Below are positions 19,566 to 29,522 of a DNA stretch of 49,858 nucleotides, in pieces (the stretch's first letter is position 1; each line of letters starts with the position of its first letter). The notes beneath the pieces are model-generated. The model saw nothing but the letters and a program-made list of their open reading frames with translations, was not told where the DNA came from and searched no databases. The DNA is taken from the sequence record SRR22947725_2259, one strand, 5' to 3'. The position numbers were made by a program, and so were the translations under genes.

Positions 19566-20530
19566 AATTCCACGGCGAAATTCCTGGCGGAAAAAAAAAA
19601 CTTAAATCGTTACTCTATCCGTTTAACGATTCGTACCCCAAAAAGCTCTGGTCAAAATATAGATGGTGGAAAAACTCTAATCTTAAGAAGTTACTTAAGG
19701 ATCTAAATGAACATGCCAAATGGCTTAGTGTAATCGACAGATTAGGTGCACCAGGAGACGCCTTAATTACGGCCAATGTAATTCGCTGTATAAAGGAAGA
19801 ATTCCCACAATTGCTTATTAATTGCATAAGCCCACACCCCGAATTAATAGAACTCGATCCGAACATTGACTCGATTAATCAACCCGAAACCTTTTATTCA
19901 TACGACTCCACCTATTGGGAACTAATTGCTCGTAAGGAAAAGAGCCAAAATATTATCAAACACAACATGCTCAGGCTTGGAATAGAGCAATATGACTACA
20001 AGGCCTTATATTATCTATGCGAAGAAGAAAAAGAATGGGCAAAGCATGAAATCGCTGAGCTTAAAAAACCCCTCCTTGCAATTTGCACAAAGAGCAAAGA
20101 ACCGGTGAAAAACTGGCCTGAAGAAAACTGGTTTGAGCTAATCCAAAAACTAAGAGCTAAATGTTCCATCATTCAATTAGGCGATAACAAAGAACCCACC
20201 TTTAAGGGCGTCCATCGATATGCAGGCAAATTGTCAATGCGTGAATCCGCTGCTTTGCTTTCCCGTGCCTCCTATTTTATCGGACCAGACAGTTTGCTTA
20301 TGCATATCGCAAATGGGTTAAACATTCCTAGCACCATTATTTTTGGAGGGTCTCGCTCCGTAGGTTGCTTTGGATACTCCGAAAATATTAATCTTAGGAA
20401 TACGCCCGACTGCAGTCCGTGCTGGATTCACGATGGGTACGAATCGTGTGATCGCAACCTTCAGTGTATGAATTCAATTATTCCCAAAAATGTTTATTCA
20501 AATTTTATAGCAAATTTCGAAGCTCAATAA
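19562..20530 (+). CDS. GT9 family glycosyltransferase
   Basis: GAPGDAL, KNWP, PDSLLMHIA, CSPCW...C...C. Confidence 0.85.
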   Translation: MKFHGEIPGGKKKLKSLLYPFNDSYPKKLWSKYRWWKNSNLKKLLKDLNEHAKWLSVIDRLGAPGDALITANVIRCIKEEFPQLLINCISPHPELIELDPNIDSINQPETFYSYDSTYWELIARKEKSQNIIKHNMLRLGIEQYDYKALYYLCEEEKEWAKHEIAELKKPLLAICTKSKEPVKNWPEENWFELIQKLRAKCSIIQLGDNKEPTFKGVHRYAGKLSMRESAALLSRASYFIGPDSLLMHIANGLNIPSTIIFGGSRSVGCFGYSENINLRNTPDCSPCWIHDGYESCDRNLQCMNSIIPKNVYSNFIANFEAQ

Positions 20531-20532
20531 TT

Positions 20533-21243
20533 TTGATAAATTTCCTCAAAACAATGTTAGAAAAGTATACAAATTCTAAAGTATACCGAAACTCCTTGCC
20601 TAGGGGGGCGGATCTCTGCCACGACCTTAGAAAATTATCACCTTTCTCATTTAAAGAAATATGGGATGTCGGGGCTCACAGGGGAGAAACAACTCTTTAT
20701 TTCGCCAATGAATTCCCGCAGGCTACCATCAGAAGTTTTGAACCAGTTTCTTCAAATTATAATTTATTAGTACAAAATTGTAAAAAACGAGAGAATCTCC
20801 ATGCTAATAATTTTGCTATTGGTAAAGAAAACACGCACACAAAGATTTATCTCCAAGGAGCTTCCGTGATACACTCGTTGCGTGATGACTTAAACAAACC
20901 ATCAGCGGAAGATTCTAAATCAGAAGATATTGAAATTAAAAGCATAGATTATGTTATCAACAAGTTCAAATCGACCAGTATCGACCTTCTTAAAGTTGAT
21001 GTCGAGGGATACGAGATTAAGGTTTTAGAAGGAGCTTGCAAATCACTCGCTGAGAAAAAAATTAACTTTATTTACTTGGAGACTGGACTGGACGATCGAT
21101 TTAATTCGATAGAAACACTTTTTGATTTTCTAAAACCGATCGGATACTTGCCCTACGCTTTTTACGAACAAACCCCTCATTGGACAGGCAAACAGAACCT
21201 TTGGTATTGGAATACTCTCTTTGTTAAGGAAGAGCTTCTTTAG
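20533..21243 (+). CDS. FkbM family methyltransferase
   Basis: WDVGAHRG, SFEP, LLKVDVEGYE; TTG at 20533 just after the upstream stop. Confidence 0.9.
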   Translation: MINFLKTMLEKYTNSKVYRNSLPRGADLCHDLRKLSPFSFKEIWDVGAHRGETTLYFANEFPQATIRSFEPVSSNYNLLVQNCKKRENLHANNFAIGKENTHTKIYLQGASVIHSLRDDLNKPSAEDSKSEDIEIKSIDYVINKFKSTSIDLLKVDVEGYEIKVLEGACKSLAEKKINFIYLETGLDDRFNSIETLFDFLKPIGYLPYAFYEQTPHWTGKQNLWYWNTLFVKEELL

Positions 21244-21248
21244 AATAA

Positions 21249-22169
21249 TTGAACAGACACGTTCAAACCTATATTTTTACAGCTAGATCAGATGCTCTAT
21301 TCATCGAAAGCAGCGTTCCTTCTCTCATCAAACTTTCTGAAAAAATTAATAGTAAGATTACATTAATTCTCGATACAAGTGACCCAACTGGAGTTCTAGG
21401 TACAACTCTTCCACAAAGTGATCTGAATGAGATTACGAGCAAGATAGAGAACCTTCAAAGTTTCTTGAACTTTGATTTTGTAACAACAGCTTACGACTTA
21501 AAGTCAATTCAATCAAAGAACAGATTACAATTCAATTACCCTCATAAGGAAACCCACTGCTTTAGAGGATATCCAATTTATGGAAGTTTCAAGCAGTTTT
21601 TTGACAATGACGCGGATTATATTCTGCACTTGGACTGCGACATGATTTTTCATGAAACACCAGGGTTTTCATGGATAAAGGAAGGCATCCGGGTAATGGA
21701 AGAAAACGAAGATATTCTATGCGTTCTTCCTAAAGGCGGTCCATCTACTAAAGATAAATCACTCCACCAGGGAACAAACGAGTACCAAGTTGATGAAAAT
21801 AGAGGACTTTATCTATTCAAAAATTTTACCAGCCGACACTACTTAATTCACAAGGAAAGATTCCTTAGCCTACTCCCCTTAAAACCACTTTGGTTATCTT
21901 GGAGAGATCCAATAAAGAGCAGGCTTTTCGGAAGTGGAAAAATGCTTTGTTGGGAAGCGATGGTACAGCACGCCCTAGAGAAGTCTCATCTGTGGAGAGC
22001 AGATCTTATGAGCGACCAAGCGTGGTCGCTTCATCCAGGTGACAGGTCAGAGAAGTTTTATCAGTTACTTCCCCAAATTATAAAATCCGTTCACATTAAC
22101 GAATTTCCTGAGAAGCAAAGGGGGCATTTTGATTTAAAATTAAATGATTGGAAACATTTTCTCGATTAA
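21249..22169 (+). CDS. Putative GT-A fold glycosyltransferase, family unclear
   Basis: DxD-like YILHLDCDMIF, C-terminal WSLHP; gene context. Confidence 0.55.
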   Translation: MNRHVQTYIFTARSDALFIESSVPSLIKLSEKINSKITLILDTSDPTGVLGTTLPQSDLNEITSKIENLQSFLNFDFVTTAYDLKSIQSKNRLQFNYPHKETHCFRGYPIYGSFKQFFDNDADYILHLDCDMIFHETPGFSWIKEGIRVMEENEDILCVLPKGGPSTKDKSLHQGTNEYQVDENRGLYLFKNFTSRHYLIHKERFLSLLPLKPLWLSWRDPIKSRLFGSGKMLCWEAMVQHALEKSHLWRADLMSDQAWSLHPGDRSEKFYQLLPQIIKSVHINEFPEKQRGHFDLKLNDWKHFLD

Positions 22170-23643
22170 CTTTCATAAGCCAAAATACCTTCTTTCCCTA
22201 TTTCTGGTATTCTTTGCCGTATCAGTGCTAAACTTACAAAGTCTCAAGGCACCATGGGTAGATGAGTGTTACTCTTACTATGGGGTTTGGCATGACAGTT
22301 TTTCTGAATTTTATAACTCCATGCTAACAGGAATCAACTTCTCTCCCCCACTCTATTTTTTGTTTAATTTTTGTATTCAACTCGTTTTGCCAACTTCAAT
22401 TGATCAACTCAGATTACAAAGCCTAATTTTTATTATCATTGGAATTGTGCTCTCCTTTTTACTAACTCGCAAGGTGTTCAGTACCTTGCCTGCTTTTGTT
22501 GCAACAATTCTAGTGTTATCCCAATCTGACCTTATAATTTCACAAGCACAAGAAGCACGACATTATGCAATGTTCTTTGCCTGTGGAGCATGGGTACTAT
22601 ATGAACAAACATTTAGTCTAAATAATTCAAAAAGAACAAGTTGGCTATTATTCATAGCGCACCTTAGCCTTAGTCTAGTTCATTACCTTGGAATCATTTT
22701 TTCTGGGTTAGTAGCCGTAGCTTTACTCATTTTTAATATGGATAAACCTGTAACGAAACGAATCCCCTGCTCCATATATATTTCTTGGATTATTGCTGTC
22801 CCATTCTACCTTATTTTAATTTTCAACCAAAGCTCTCACCTTGGAACTTGGTCACGCTCTAACGACCTCATTGATCTTTTATCAATTTACAATGATTCTA
22901 TACTTTTACTAAGTTTAGTTGTTCCAATTATTATCGTTCTTTGCATTGTCAAAACTAAATCCAGTAAGACAACTGCCATACCATCTCCACCCGCTATTCT
23001 TATTGTAACAAGCCTACTATGGTTTGCGACTCCTCTCTTGTTTTGGATTCTCTCCATTTGCTCTGATCTTAACTTATTTAAAGATAGATATTTCATGCCA
23101 AAGGAAGCTGCGATAATAATCATTACAGCCTTTTTAATTAATCTTTTAATAAATAAAATGAAAAGCACATTAAAAATTGGTAAAAATTCACTATTACCAA
23201 TTGGTGGCACACTCATTTTGGCATTAGCCATTTTCTCTCTAGGTATAAAAAGATCATTATTTGCAATAAAACCTGAACGAAATTTCTACTATTGGTTACT
23301 AGTTAAAGATAAAATTTCAAAATCAAACTTACCATTGATTTTTGTCGGTGACCCGCTTTTCTTTCCAAATGCTTACCAATTGCCCAAAAATAGCTTTTTT
23401 TTATTAAACGATTCTAACTTAAATGAAGTTTATAAAAAATTCTCAAATAAAATACATGTTATAACTAATGAACACCTTGCTAAGTTCGATTCCTTCATCC
23501 TAATTTGCGATTCTGACTTCAATCGGAATGAGATTGATGCTAATTTTATTCAACAAGATTTAGGTACACTTCATGAGAGACTCGCAATTCATATTATAAA
23601 GTTTGATAAGATGAATGAGAAAGATTTAGAGAAATTAAATTGA
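22144..23643 (+). CDS. Polytopic membrane protein, putative GT-C (PMT/ArnT-like) glycosyltransferase
   Basis: About 10-11 hydrophobic segments; PWVDECYS acidic motif after TM1, SPPLYF, QEARHYA, HYLG, DRYF. Confidence 0.7.
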   Translation: MIGNIFSINFHKPKYLLSLFLVFFAVSVLNLQSLKAPWVDECYSYYGVWHDSFSEFYNSMLTGINFSPPLYFLFNFCIQLVLPTSIDQLRLQSLIFIIIGIVLSFLLTRKVFSTLPAFVATILVLSQSDLIISQAQEARHYAMFFACGAWVLYEQTFSLNNSKRTSWLLFIAHLSLSLVHYLGIIFSGLVAVALLIFNMDKPVTKRIPCSIYISWIIAVPFYLILIFNQSSHLGTWSRSNDLIDLLSIYNDSILLLSLVVPIIIVLCIVKTKSSKTTAIPSPPAILIVTSLLWFATPLLFWILSICSDLNLFKDRYFMPKEAAIIIITAFLINLLINKMKSTLKIGKNSLLPIGGTLILALAIFSLGIKRSLFAIKPERNFYYWLLVKDKISKSNLPLIFVGDPLFFPNAYQLPKNSFFLLNDSNLNEVYKKFSNKIHVITNEHLAKFDSFILICDSDFNRNEIDANFIQQDLGTLHERLAIHIIKFDKMNEKDLEKLN

Positions 23644-24863
23644 AGTTGAAAAAGTTATTATCTTATACCAAACCAATTCTATTTTGGACGGTCGCCCTCG
23701 TCTTTTTATGCGAAGTGCTGCTTCATTCTTTTTTAAATGAATTACCTTTGAAGTTTTTGGCTCATAGCACCGGTCCAATTCATCGACTCGGACAATATTC
23801 CAAAAAAGATGTAGTGCCAAAAGAACACATTGCGATTATTGGAGACAGTAATGTGTACGGATTTGGCCCGTGGTTGTACGATAATTCATGGAGTATGGGG
23901 CAACCCGCCTTCGCTACACACCACCTTTTGCATAAATCACTTGGTAAAGATTTAATTGCTTATGGTTTTCCCGGATATGGCACATTCGGTTATACTCTTA
24001 GTGCAGTTGCCGAGTACAATGTGATTAATGGCTCTTTAATTTGGTCTAAACTCCCAGAACCGCACCAAATCTTGATTGTTTTTTATGAGGGCAATGACTT
24101 GATAAACAACCTTCACGAAGTGCAGCATAGAGGATTACAGATAGATAATATCTCCCAAGAAAATTTCAAACAACAGATAGAGCGGTTGATCAAAGATGAG
24201 TCCGCTGAACTTGAGAGCGGCTTCTCTTTTACAGATCACATTGCCTGTTGGAACATTACACACGGTTTACTTAAAAACTACTTGAATAAATTCTCTCGAG
24301 AAAGTGACAATATAATTGATCCAATTAAAGATGAAATTTTCAACCAATCACCGGAAAACCAAGGCAAACCCAACGAACCAGAAAACATAGCACTAGTTAG
24401 CGGAAAAAAAATTTCGCTTGGATACTTAGAAGGACCTGCATTGCACCTAACAAATAATGAAATAAATCTTTCGCTTGAAATTACAAAACAATCGTTTAAT
24501 TACGTAAAAAAAAAATTTCCACAAAGCCAAATCGATGTAGTTTATCTTTCAACGGCATTATCTCTCTATGACTTTAATAACTCGAAACTTAGACCGGCTC
24601 CCTTAAAGTTAGATATCAAAAGAGAAACATCCCGAGACAGAATATTCTCTCAACAAGAAATAGAACTTAAAAACATGCATCTTAGACGCGCTGTAGAAGC
24701 AATTTCGAAAGAAATAAAGATTGGTTTTATCGATACGACAAATAGCATGTCAAAAATAGCTAATAATCATCTTCTGCATGGTCCCCGTGACCCTATTCAC
24801 CTCAATCGAAAAGGCTACGAAACTTTTGCTGATATAATCAACTCACACTTAAAAAGGATCTAA
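23640..24863 (+). CDS. Membrane-anchored SGNH/GDSL hydrolase-fold protein
   Basis: N-terminal TM; IIGDSNVYG, GYG, YEGND, DPIH blocks. Confidence 0.8.
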   Translation: MKLKKLLSYTKPILFWTVALVFLCEVLLHSFLNELPLKFLAHSTGPIHRLGQYSKKDVVPKEHIAIIGDSNVYGFGPWLYDNSWSMGQPAFATHHLLHKSLGKDLIAYGFPGYGTFGYTLSAVAEYNVINGSLIWSKLPEPHQILIVFYEGNDLINNLHEVQHRGLQIDNISQENFKQQIERLIKDESAELESGFSFTDHIACWNITHGLLKNYLNKFSRESDNIIDPIKDEIFNQSPENQGKPNEPENIALVSGKKISLGYLEGPALHLTNNEINLSLEITKQSFNYVKKKFPQSQIDVVYLSTALSLYDFNNSKLRPAPLKLDIKRETSRDRIFSQQEIELKNMHLRRAVEAISKEIKIGFIDTTNSMSKIANNHLLHGPRDPIHLNRKGYETFADIINSHLKRI

Positions 24864-24889
24864 TTACGCCTTCAACTTAAAAGTAAGCA

Positions 24890-25606
24890 ATTAACTCCCC
24901 ACCCATACTTTCAATAATTATTTTGTGCTATCGCTCCGGAAACTACGCCAAAGTATATTTAGACCGTGTTTTAGAACAATTAAAGTTAAATCAGATTGAG
25001 AACTTTGAAATCATCCTAGTTGGAAATTATATAGAAGGGCAAAATGATATTACTCCTACTATTGTAAAGGATTTAGCCGAAAAAAATAAACAAGTAAATT
25101 GCCTGGCATTACCTAAAAAAGGATGGTTGGGTTGGGATGTCAGAAAAGGCATCGAGGCAACGAAGGGAGACTTCATTGCGTTAATAGATGGAGACGGTCA
25201 AATGCCTGCAAAAGACATAATAAGGGTTTATGAAAAAATACGAAAAGAGGATTTGGATCTGGTTCTGACCTATAGAAAGAAAAGAGGGGACGGTTTATAC
25301 AGATTCATTTTATCAAATACCTATAATTTACTGACAAAGGTTTTATTCCCAGGCATTCCCTTTAGGGATATGAATTCGAAACCTAAAATCATTAAGAGGT
25401 CGTCACTGAATTTGCTCAATCTTTCAGTTGATAATTGGACGATTGATGCCGAAATCATGCTGCAGTCGTGGCAAAAAAAACTTAAGATACAAGAAATTGC
25501 TACAGATTTCCACGGTCAACCTGGAGGAAGGAAATCATTCGTGGGAAAATCATCAATTTTTCAGTTTATCCTTTTTCTTTTAAGGTTTCGCATACGAGGA
25601 TACTAA
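24890..25606 (+). CDS. GT2 glycosyltransferase (DPM1/ArnC-like); start extended to ATT 24890
   Basis: LSIIILCY first strand lies upstream of the TTG at 24923; IDGDGQ DxD, FRDMNSKPKI, IDAEI. Confidence 0.8.
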   Translation: MNSPPILSIIILCYRSGNYAKVYLDRVLEQLKLNQIENFEIILVGNYIEGQNDITPTIVKDLAEKNKQVNCLALPKKGWLGWDVRKGIEATKGDFIALIDGDGQMPAKDIIRVYEKIRKEDLDLVLTYRKKRGDGLYRFILSNTYNLLTKVLFPGIPFRDMNSKPKIIKRSSLNLLNLSVDNWTIDAEIMLQSWQKKLKIQEIATDFHGQPGGRKSFVGKSSIFQFILFLLRFRIRGY

Positions 25607-25627
25607 ATTTATAAAACAAATAATTAT

Positions 25628-26515
25628 TTGAAAACCGTTCTGATAACTGGTGCAAGCAGTGGTCTTGGATTAAGTGCATTAAATAGCTTAGTTAATCTAG
25701 ATCATAAAATTATATCTTTAAGTAGGCATAATTTTAAGGACATAAAACATCACCCAAAAATCAAATATGTTCGAGGTGATATAACAGAAATTGCTTCTCT
25801 TCAAAAAGGTTTATGGGGAGCAACAAGTGTATTGCACTTCGCTGGTTTAACTCACTCATCTGACAGCAAAAAATATTACGAGGTAAATGCGGAAGGAACA
25901 TCAAATTTGATCGAGAAAGCAGAGACTGCCAATGTAAAGAGATTCGTTTATGTCAGTACTCAAGCAATAGGAAAAGAGGGTGGTTCTTACAGTCACTCAA
26001 AAGAGATTGCGGAGAAGCATCTTACCGAATCGTCTTTAAATTGGACGATTTTAAGACCCTCTGAAATTTATGGATTGAAGTTAGAAGATTCTATTGAGTC
26101 ACTTTGCCGTCTTATTCGCTCGACTAGAGTACTTCCTATAATTGGTGATGGGCAATACACTTTAAACCCATTGCATATTGAGGATTTCGCTCGTTTTACA
26201 ACAGAACTACAAAAATGTGCGACTGATAAAAGTTACTATAAGGTTTATCACCTTGCTGGACCTCGCCCCATATCTTTTAAAGCGTTTTGCAAAAAACACT
26301 CAAATTTTCATAATCATAAACAAACTATAATTCATCTTCCTGTTTTCTTTTGTAAATTAATTTTATATTTATGCTCAAAAGCCAATCTTACTTCGATTAC
26401 TCTAGATCAAATAGATAGACTACGAATGATTAAAAATAACGACATAAGCCTCGCTTCTTCAGATTATTTTTTCTCACCAAGAGAGTTTTCACATACCTTA
26501 AATCTATCTGTATGA
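25628..26515 (+). CDS. NAD-dependent epimerase/dehydratase (SDR)
   Basis: ITGASSGLG, HFAG, YSHSK YxxxK, LRPSEIYG. Confidence 0.88.
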   Translation: MKTVLITGASSGLGLSALNSLVNLDHKIISLSRHNFKDIKHHPKIKYVRGDITEIASLQKGLWGATSVLHFAGLTHSSDSKKYYEVNAEGTSNLIEKAETANVKRFVYVSTQAIGKEGGSYSHSKEIAEKHLTESSLNWTILRPSEIYGLKLEDSIESLCRLIRSTRVLPIIGDGQYTLNPLHIEDFARFTTELQKCATDKSYYKVYHLAGPRPISFKAFCKKHSNFHNHKQTIIHLPVFFCKLILYLCSKANLTSITLDQIDRLRMIKNNDISLASSDYFFSPREFSHTLNLSV

Positions 26516-27198
26516 AAAACAGTTACGAAAATCACTACAGAGAAATCGAAGAGAAACACCCTTGGTTCGTGGCTAGGAGTAATCTATTTCTAAGTTTAAT
26601 GCCTACTAACAAAAACTCTTCGATTCTTGATTTTGGCTGTGGAGCAGGAAGCTTTCTAAGAAAACTCAACTATGCTGGATACACGGATTTGTCTGGAGTT
26701 GAAGTTTCGGAAACTAAACCTGCAAGTACTAGTGATTGTTTTGTGATTACCAAGTCTATTCAAAAAAGAAAATACGATGTAATCTTAATGATGGATGTAC
26801 TCGAACACATAGAAGACGATTCAGCGGCCCTAATAAGGATTAAATCACATCTAAAACCTGGTGGGAAATTATTATTATCTGTACCTGCATATCAACTTCT
26901 CTGGTCAGACCATGACACAGTGAACATGCATTACCGGCGATACAATAGAACTTCACTCAAAAGGGTAATCAAGGGGGCAAAGCTCAAGACCGAATTCATC
27001 ACCAATTGGAATAGTATGTTTCTTCCAATCATAGCGGTAAGTAGATTAATCAGTAGGCGGGCAAATAAAGAGCTTCGTTTAAACAATAATTTCTTTTCGA
27101 AACTAGTTTTTTTAACTCTTACTTTTGAGAACTTTCTTCTTAAAAAAACTGGTCTACCCTTTGGCCTAAGTATTATCTCATCTTGTTCCCATGTCTAA
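26512..27198 (+). CDS. Class I SAM-dependent methyltransferase
   Basis: HPWFVAR, LDFGCGAG, DVLEHIEDD, VPAY..LWS.HD...HYRRY. Confidence 0.9.
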   Translation: MKNSYENHYREIEEKHPWFVARSNLFLSLMPTNKNSSILDFGCGAGSFLRKLNYAGYTDLSGVEVSETKPASTSDCFVITKSIQKRKYDVILMMDVLEHIEDDSAALIRIKSHLKPGGKLLLSVPAYQLLWSDHDTVNMHYRRYNRTSLKRVIKGAKLKTEFITNWNSMFLPIIAVSRLISRRANKELRLNNNFFSKLVFLTLTFENFLLKKTGLPFGLSIISSCSHV

Positions 27199-28015
27199 GA
27201 ACCTCTGCCCAATATGTAATACTACAAGTCACCTAGATTATGAAATGACGGATGTTTATTTATTTTTTTGCGAATCTTGCAAGCACAGATTTAGCATTAT
27301 TAAGAGTAATTGCGATGAGGTGTATGATGATGATTACTACCAAACAAAACATAAAAATTGGTTCGATAACCCGGACACGAGATTGTTTAGTATAATTAAT
27401 AAACATATCCAAGAATCTAGTACAAAATCTGTTTTAGATGTTGGCTGTGGGAACGGAAATTTATTAAAATATCTTAAACTTCGAATAAATAAAATTTCAT
27501 TGACTGGAATCGATCTGTCCAATGTTAAAGGGTTTGATGGGGTAACTATAATTAACAAAAGCTTTCTTAACTATGAGTGGGAGAGTAAGTTTGATATGAT
27601 TACTAGCCTTGCAACTATCGAACACATTGATGATGTGAATAAATTTGTAACTAAAATCCACCAAAAACTGAACTCGGGTGGGTTGTTTTTAGTAATGACA
27701 ATGAATGACGATAGCATTCTTTATAGAATTTCTCGACTACTCCAAAAAATTGGACTAACTAAATCATTTTTCAGATTATACGATAAGCATCATGTCAACC
27801 ATTTCAGTCATTACTCATTAAAAAAAATTCTGATTTCCAGAGGATTTTCTATTCAAAAAGTCTACCTTCATAATGCACCGCTTAAATCGCTAGACATAGA
27901 ATCCTCAAACAAACTTGAGCATTATTTCAATAAACTAGCTGTCATATTACTCTTTTTCATGGGACGCCTCACTAGGAAAACTTATCTTCAATCCATTGTT
28001 GCTCGTAAAATTTAA
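27191..28015 (+). CDS. Class I SAM-dependent methyltransferase with N-terminal Zn-ribbon
   Basis: CPIC...CESC; LDVGCGNG; TIEHI; HVNHFS. Confidence 0.88.
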   Translation: MSKNLCPICNTTSHLDYEMTDVYLFFCESCKHRFSIIKSNCDEVYDDDYYQTKHKNWFDNPDTRLFSIINKHIQESSTKSVLDVGCGNGNLLKYLKLRINKISLTGIDLSNVKGFDGVTIINKSFLNYEWESKFDMITSLATIEHIDDVNKFVTKIHQKLNSGGLFLVMTMNDDSILYRISRLLQKIGLTKSFFRLYDKHHVNHFSHYSLKKILISRGFSIQKVYLHNAPLKSLDIESSNKLEHYFNKLAVILLFFMGRLTRKTYLQSIVARKI

Positions 28016-29513
28016 AAAGAATTACCGAAGCATATTTTGCACGGTCTTTGCTGTTACAGGCTTCTTGGTTTCAAGTTACTTTCTATGTTCATTCAACCAT
28101 TTTGACCCATGGACAGGCGCCAAGTTATATCCTAGCTTTGCCACACTGAACTTTACTGACCTGTACAATCAAATAAGAGGTCCATTTATTCTTACGGTTT
28201 ATGGTCCATGTGCTTCTTTTTTTTATCTTCCAGCAACTTTAGGTAACGATCCTGAATCCTGCATGTGGATAGCATTGTCATTGAATATTTTAACATTATT
28301 GATTTTTACATTCGCTATTTTTCTGTCCTTACCAAAAAAAAATTCCGCTATATATTTATTTGGATCCATTAGTTTTCTTTTTTTTATTACCTTGGATAAG
28401 ACTACAAAATCTTTGTTTCAAATTCACTATGATTTACCTACTCTATTTTTCTTTTTTCTCTTTTTTTTGCTTCTAAAAAATACTAAAAAGCCGAATCTAA
28501 CTCTTTTTTTATGCCTATGCTTTCTTTGGTTGGCTATTTGGACAAAGATTACTGCTTTACCTTGGTTGTTACTTCCATTCATATTGAAAGTTTTGCGCTG
28601 CAACAATGGTTCATTAATTAATGGAATTAGTGCAACTAAAATACTTATCTACCAATCGCTTTCCGGCATATTAATTCTTTTGATATTTGGATTTTCATAT
28701 GGTTTCAATGATCTTTATTTCCATCTAATTGAAGCTACGAATGCATATCCATGGAGAGAGTGTTCCTCTCTCTTTGGCAGCAACCATGAAATGGTACTTA
28801 ACCATGGCATATCTACGAAACTACTCTCTCTTGTGCATTTAACATTCTATTATTTAAAAGAATACTGGTGGATGTTTTTTTCATGCTTAGGAATAATGAT
28901 CTATCAACTAAGCAGTTCAAGGGATTGTACGGTCATTACATGGTTGTCATTATCCTATTTTTTGGTCTTACCCACATGTCTTTCAGCTTTAGCCAAATTT
29001 GGTGGTGTCGAAAACTCACTCGTATTTGCTCATTTCTTCGGTCTTTTAAGCATATTTCTACAATTAACTCTCCTTATTGATAAATATATTTCCACTCTTT
29101 TATCTAAGAAAATTATAATGGGACTGTCTTTAATTATATTTTCTATAATATCCTTAAGAAATTCGGTTACTTGCCTTCGTGATACCTCGAATTCTCCTCA
29201 ACAACTTGCCTACGAATACTCAGTTTCAAATCCACAGATTCCAGTTTTTTTTCCGATGGCACCCCACATAAATTACCTCACAAATAAAGAAATTTACGAT
29301 TCCGGAGAAGCACTTACTTACACAACTATGATGTCGCAGGATTCATTACCTCAAAATGCAGGATTAGACTTCATGCAACATACTAACCTTATCGCTTTTG
29401 GAAATCCTCCATACTCTAGGTCCTATTTTGACCGAAAACTTAATCTTACTAAAATCGTGAGCCCCAAGGGATTAGAAAACTGGAATATTTACGAAGCCAC
29501 CCTCAAAAAATAA
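27996..29513 (+). CDS. Polytopic membrane protein, possible GT-C glycosyltransferase
   Basis: 505 aa, about 10-11 hydrophobic segments; YGP, HYDLP, WTK motifs; soluble C-terminal tail. Confidence 0.5.
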   Translation: MLLVKFKKNYRSIFCTVFAVTGFLVSSYFLCSFNHFDPWTGAKLYPSFATLNFTDLYNQIRGPFILTVYGPCASFFYLPATLGNDPESCMWIALSLNILTLLIFTFAIFLSLPKKNSAIYLFGSISFLFFITLDKTTKSLFQIHYDLPTLFFFFLFFLLLKNTKKPNLTLFLCLCFLWLAIWTKITALPWLLLPFILKVLRCNNGSLINGISATKILIYQSLSGILILLIFGFSYGFNDLYFHLIEATNAYPWRECSSLFGSNHEMVLNHGISTKLLSLVHLTFYYLKEYWWMFFSCLGIMIYQLSSSRDCTVITWLSLSYFLVLPTCLSALAKFGGVENSLVFAHFFGLLSIFLQLTLLIDKYISTLLSKKIIMGLSLIIFSIISLRNSVTCLRDTSNSPQQLAYEYSVSNPQIPVFFPMAPHINYLTNKEIYDSGEALTYTTMMSQDSLPQNAGLDFMQHTNLIAFGNPPYSRSYFDRKLNLTKIVSPKGLENWNIYEATLKK

Positions 29514-29522
29514 ACTATTTAT

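Noticed and set aside
19591..19600. A10 tract near the 5' end of a GT9 gene (also A9/A10/T9 runs at 3829, 15021, 24506, 42742)
   Set aside because: A/T runs are frequent in this AT-rich, Lys-rich sequence and all are in frame; no specific sign of phase variation
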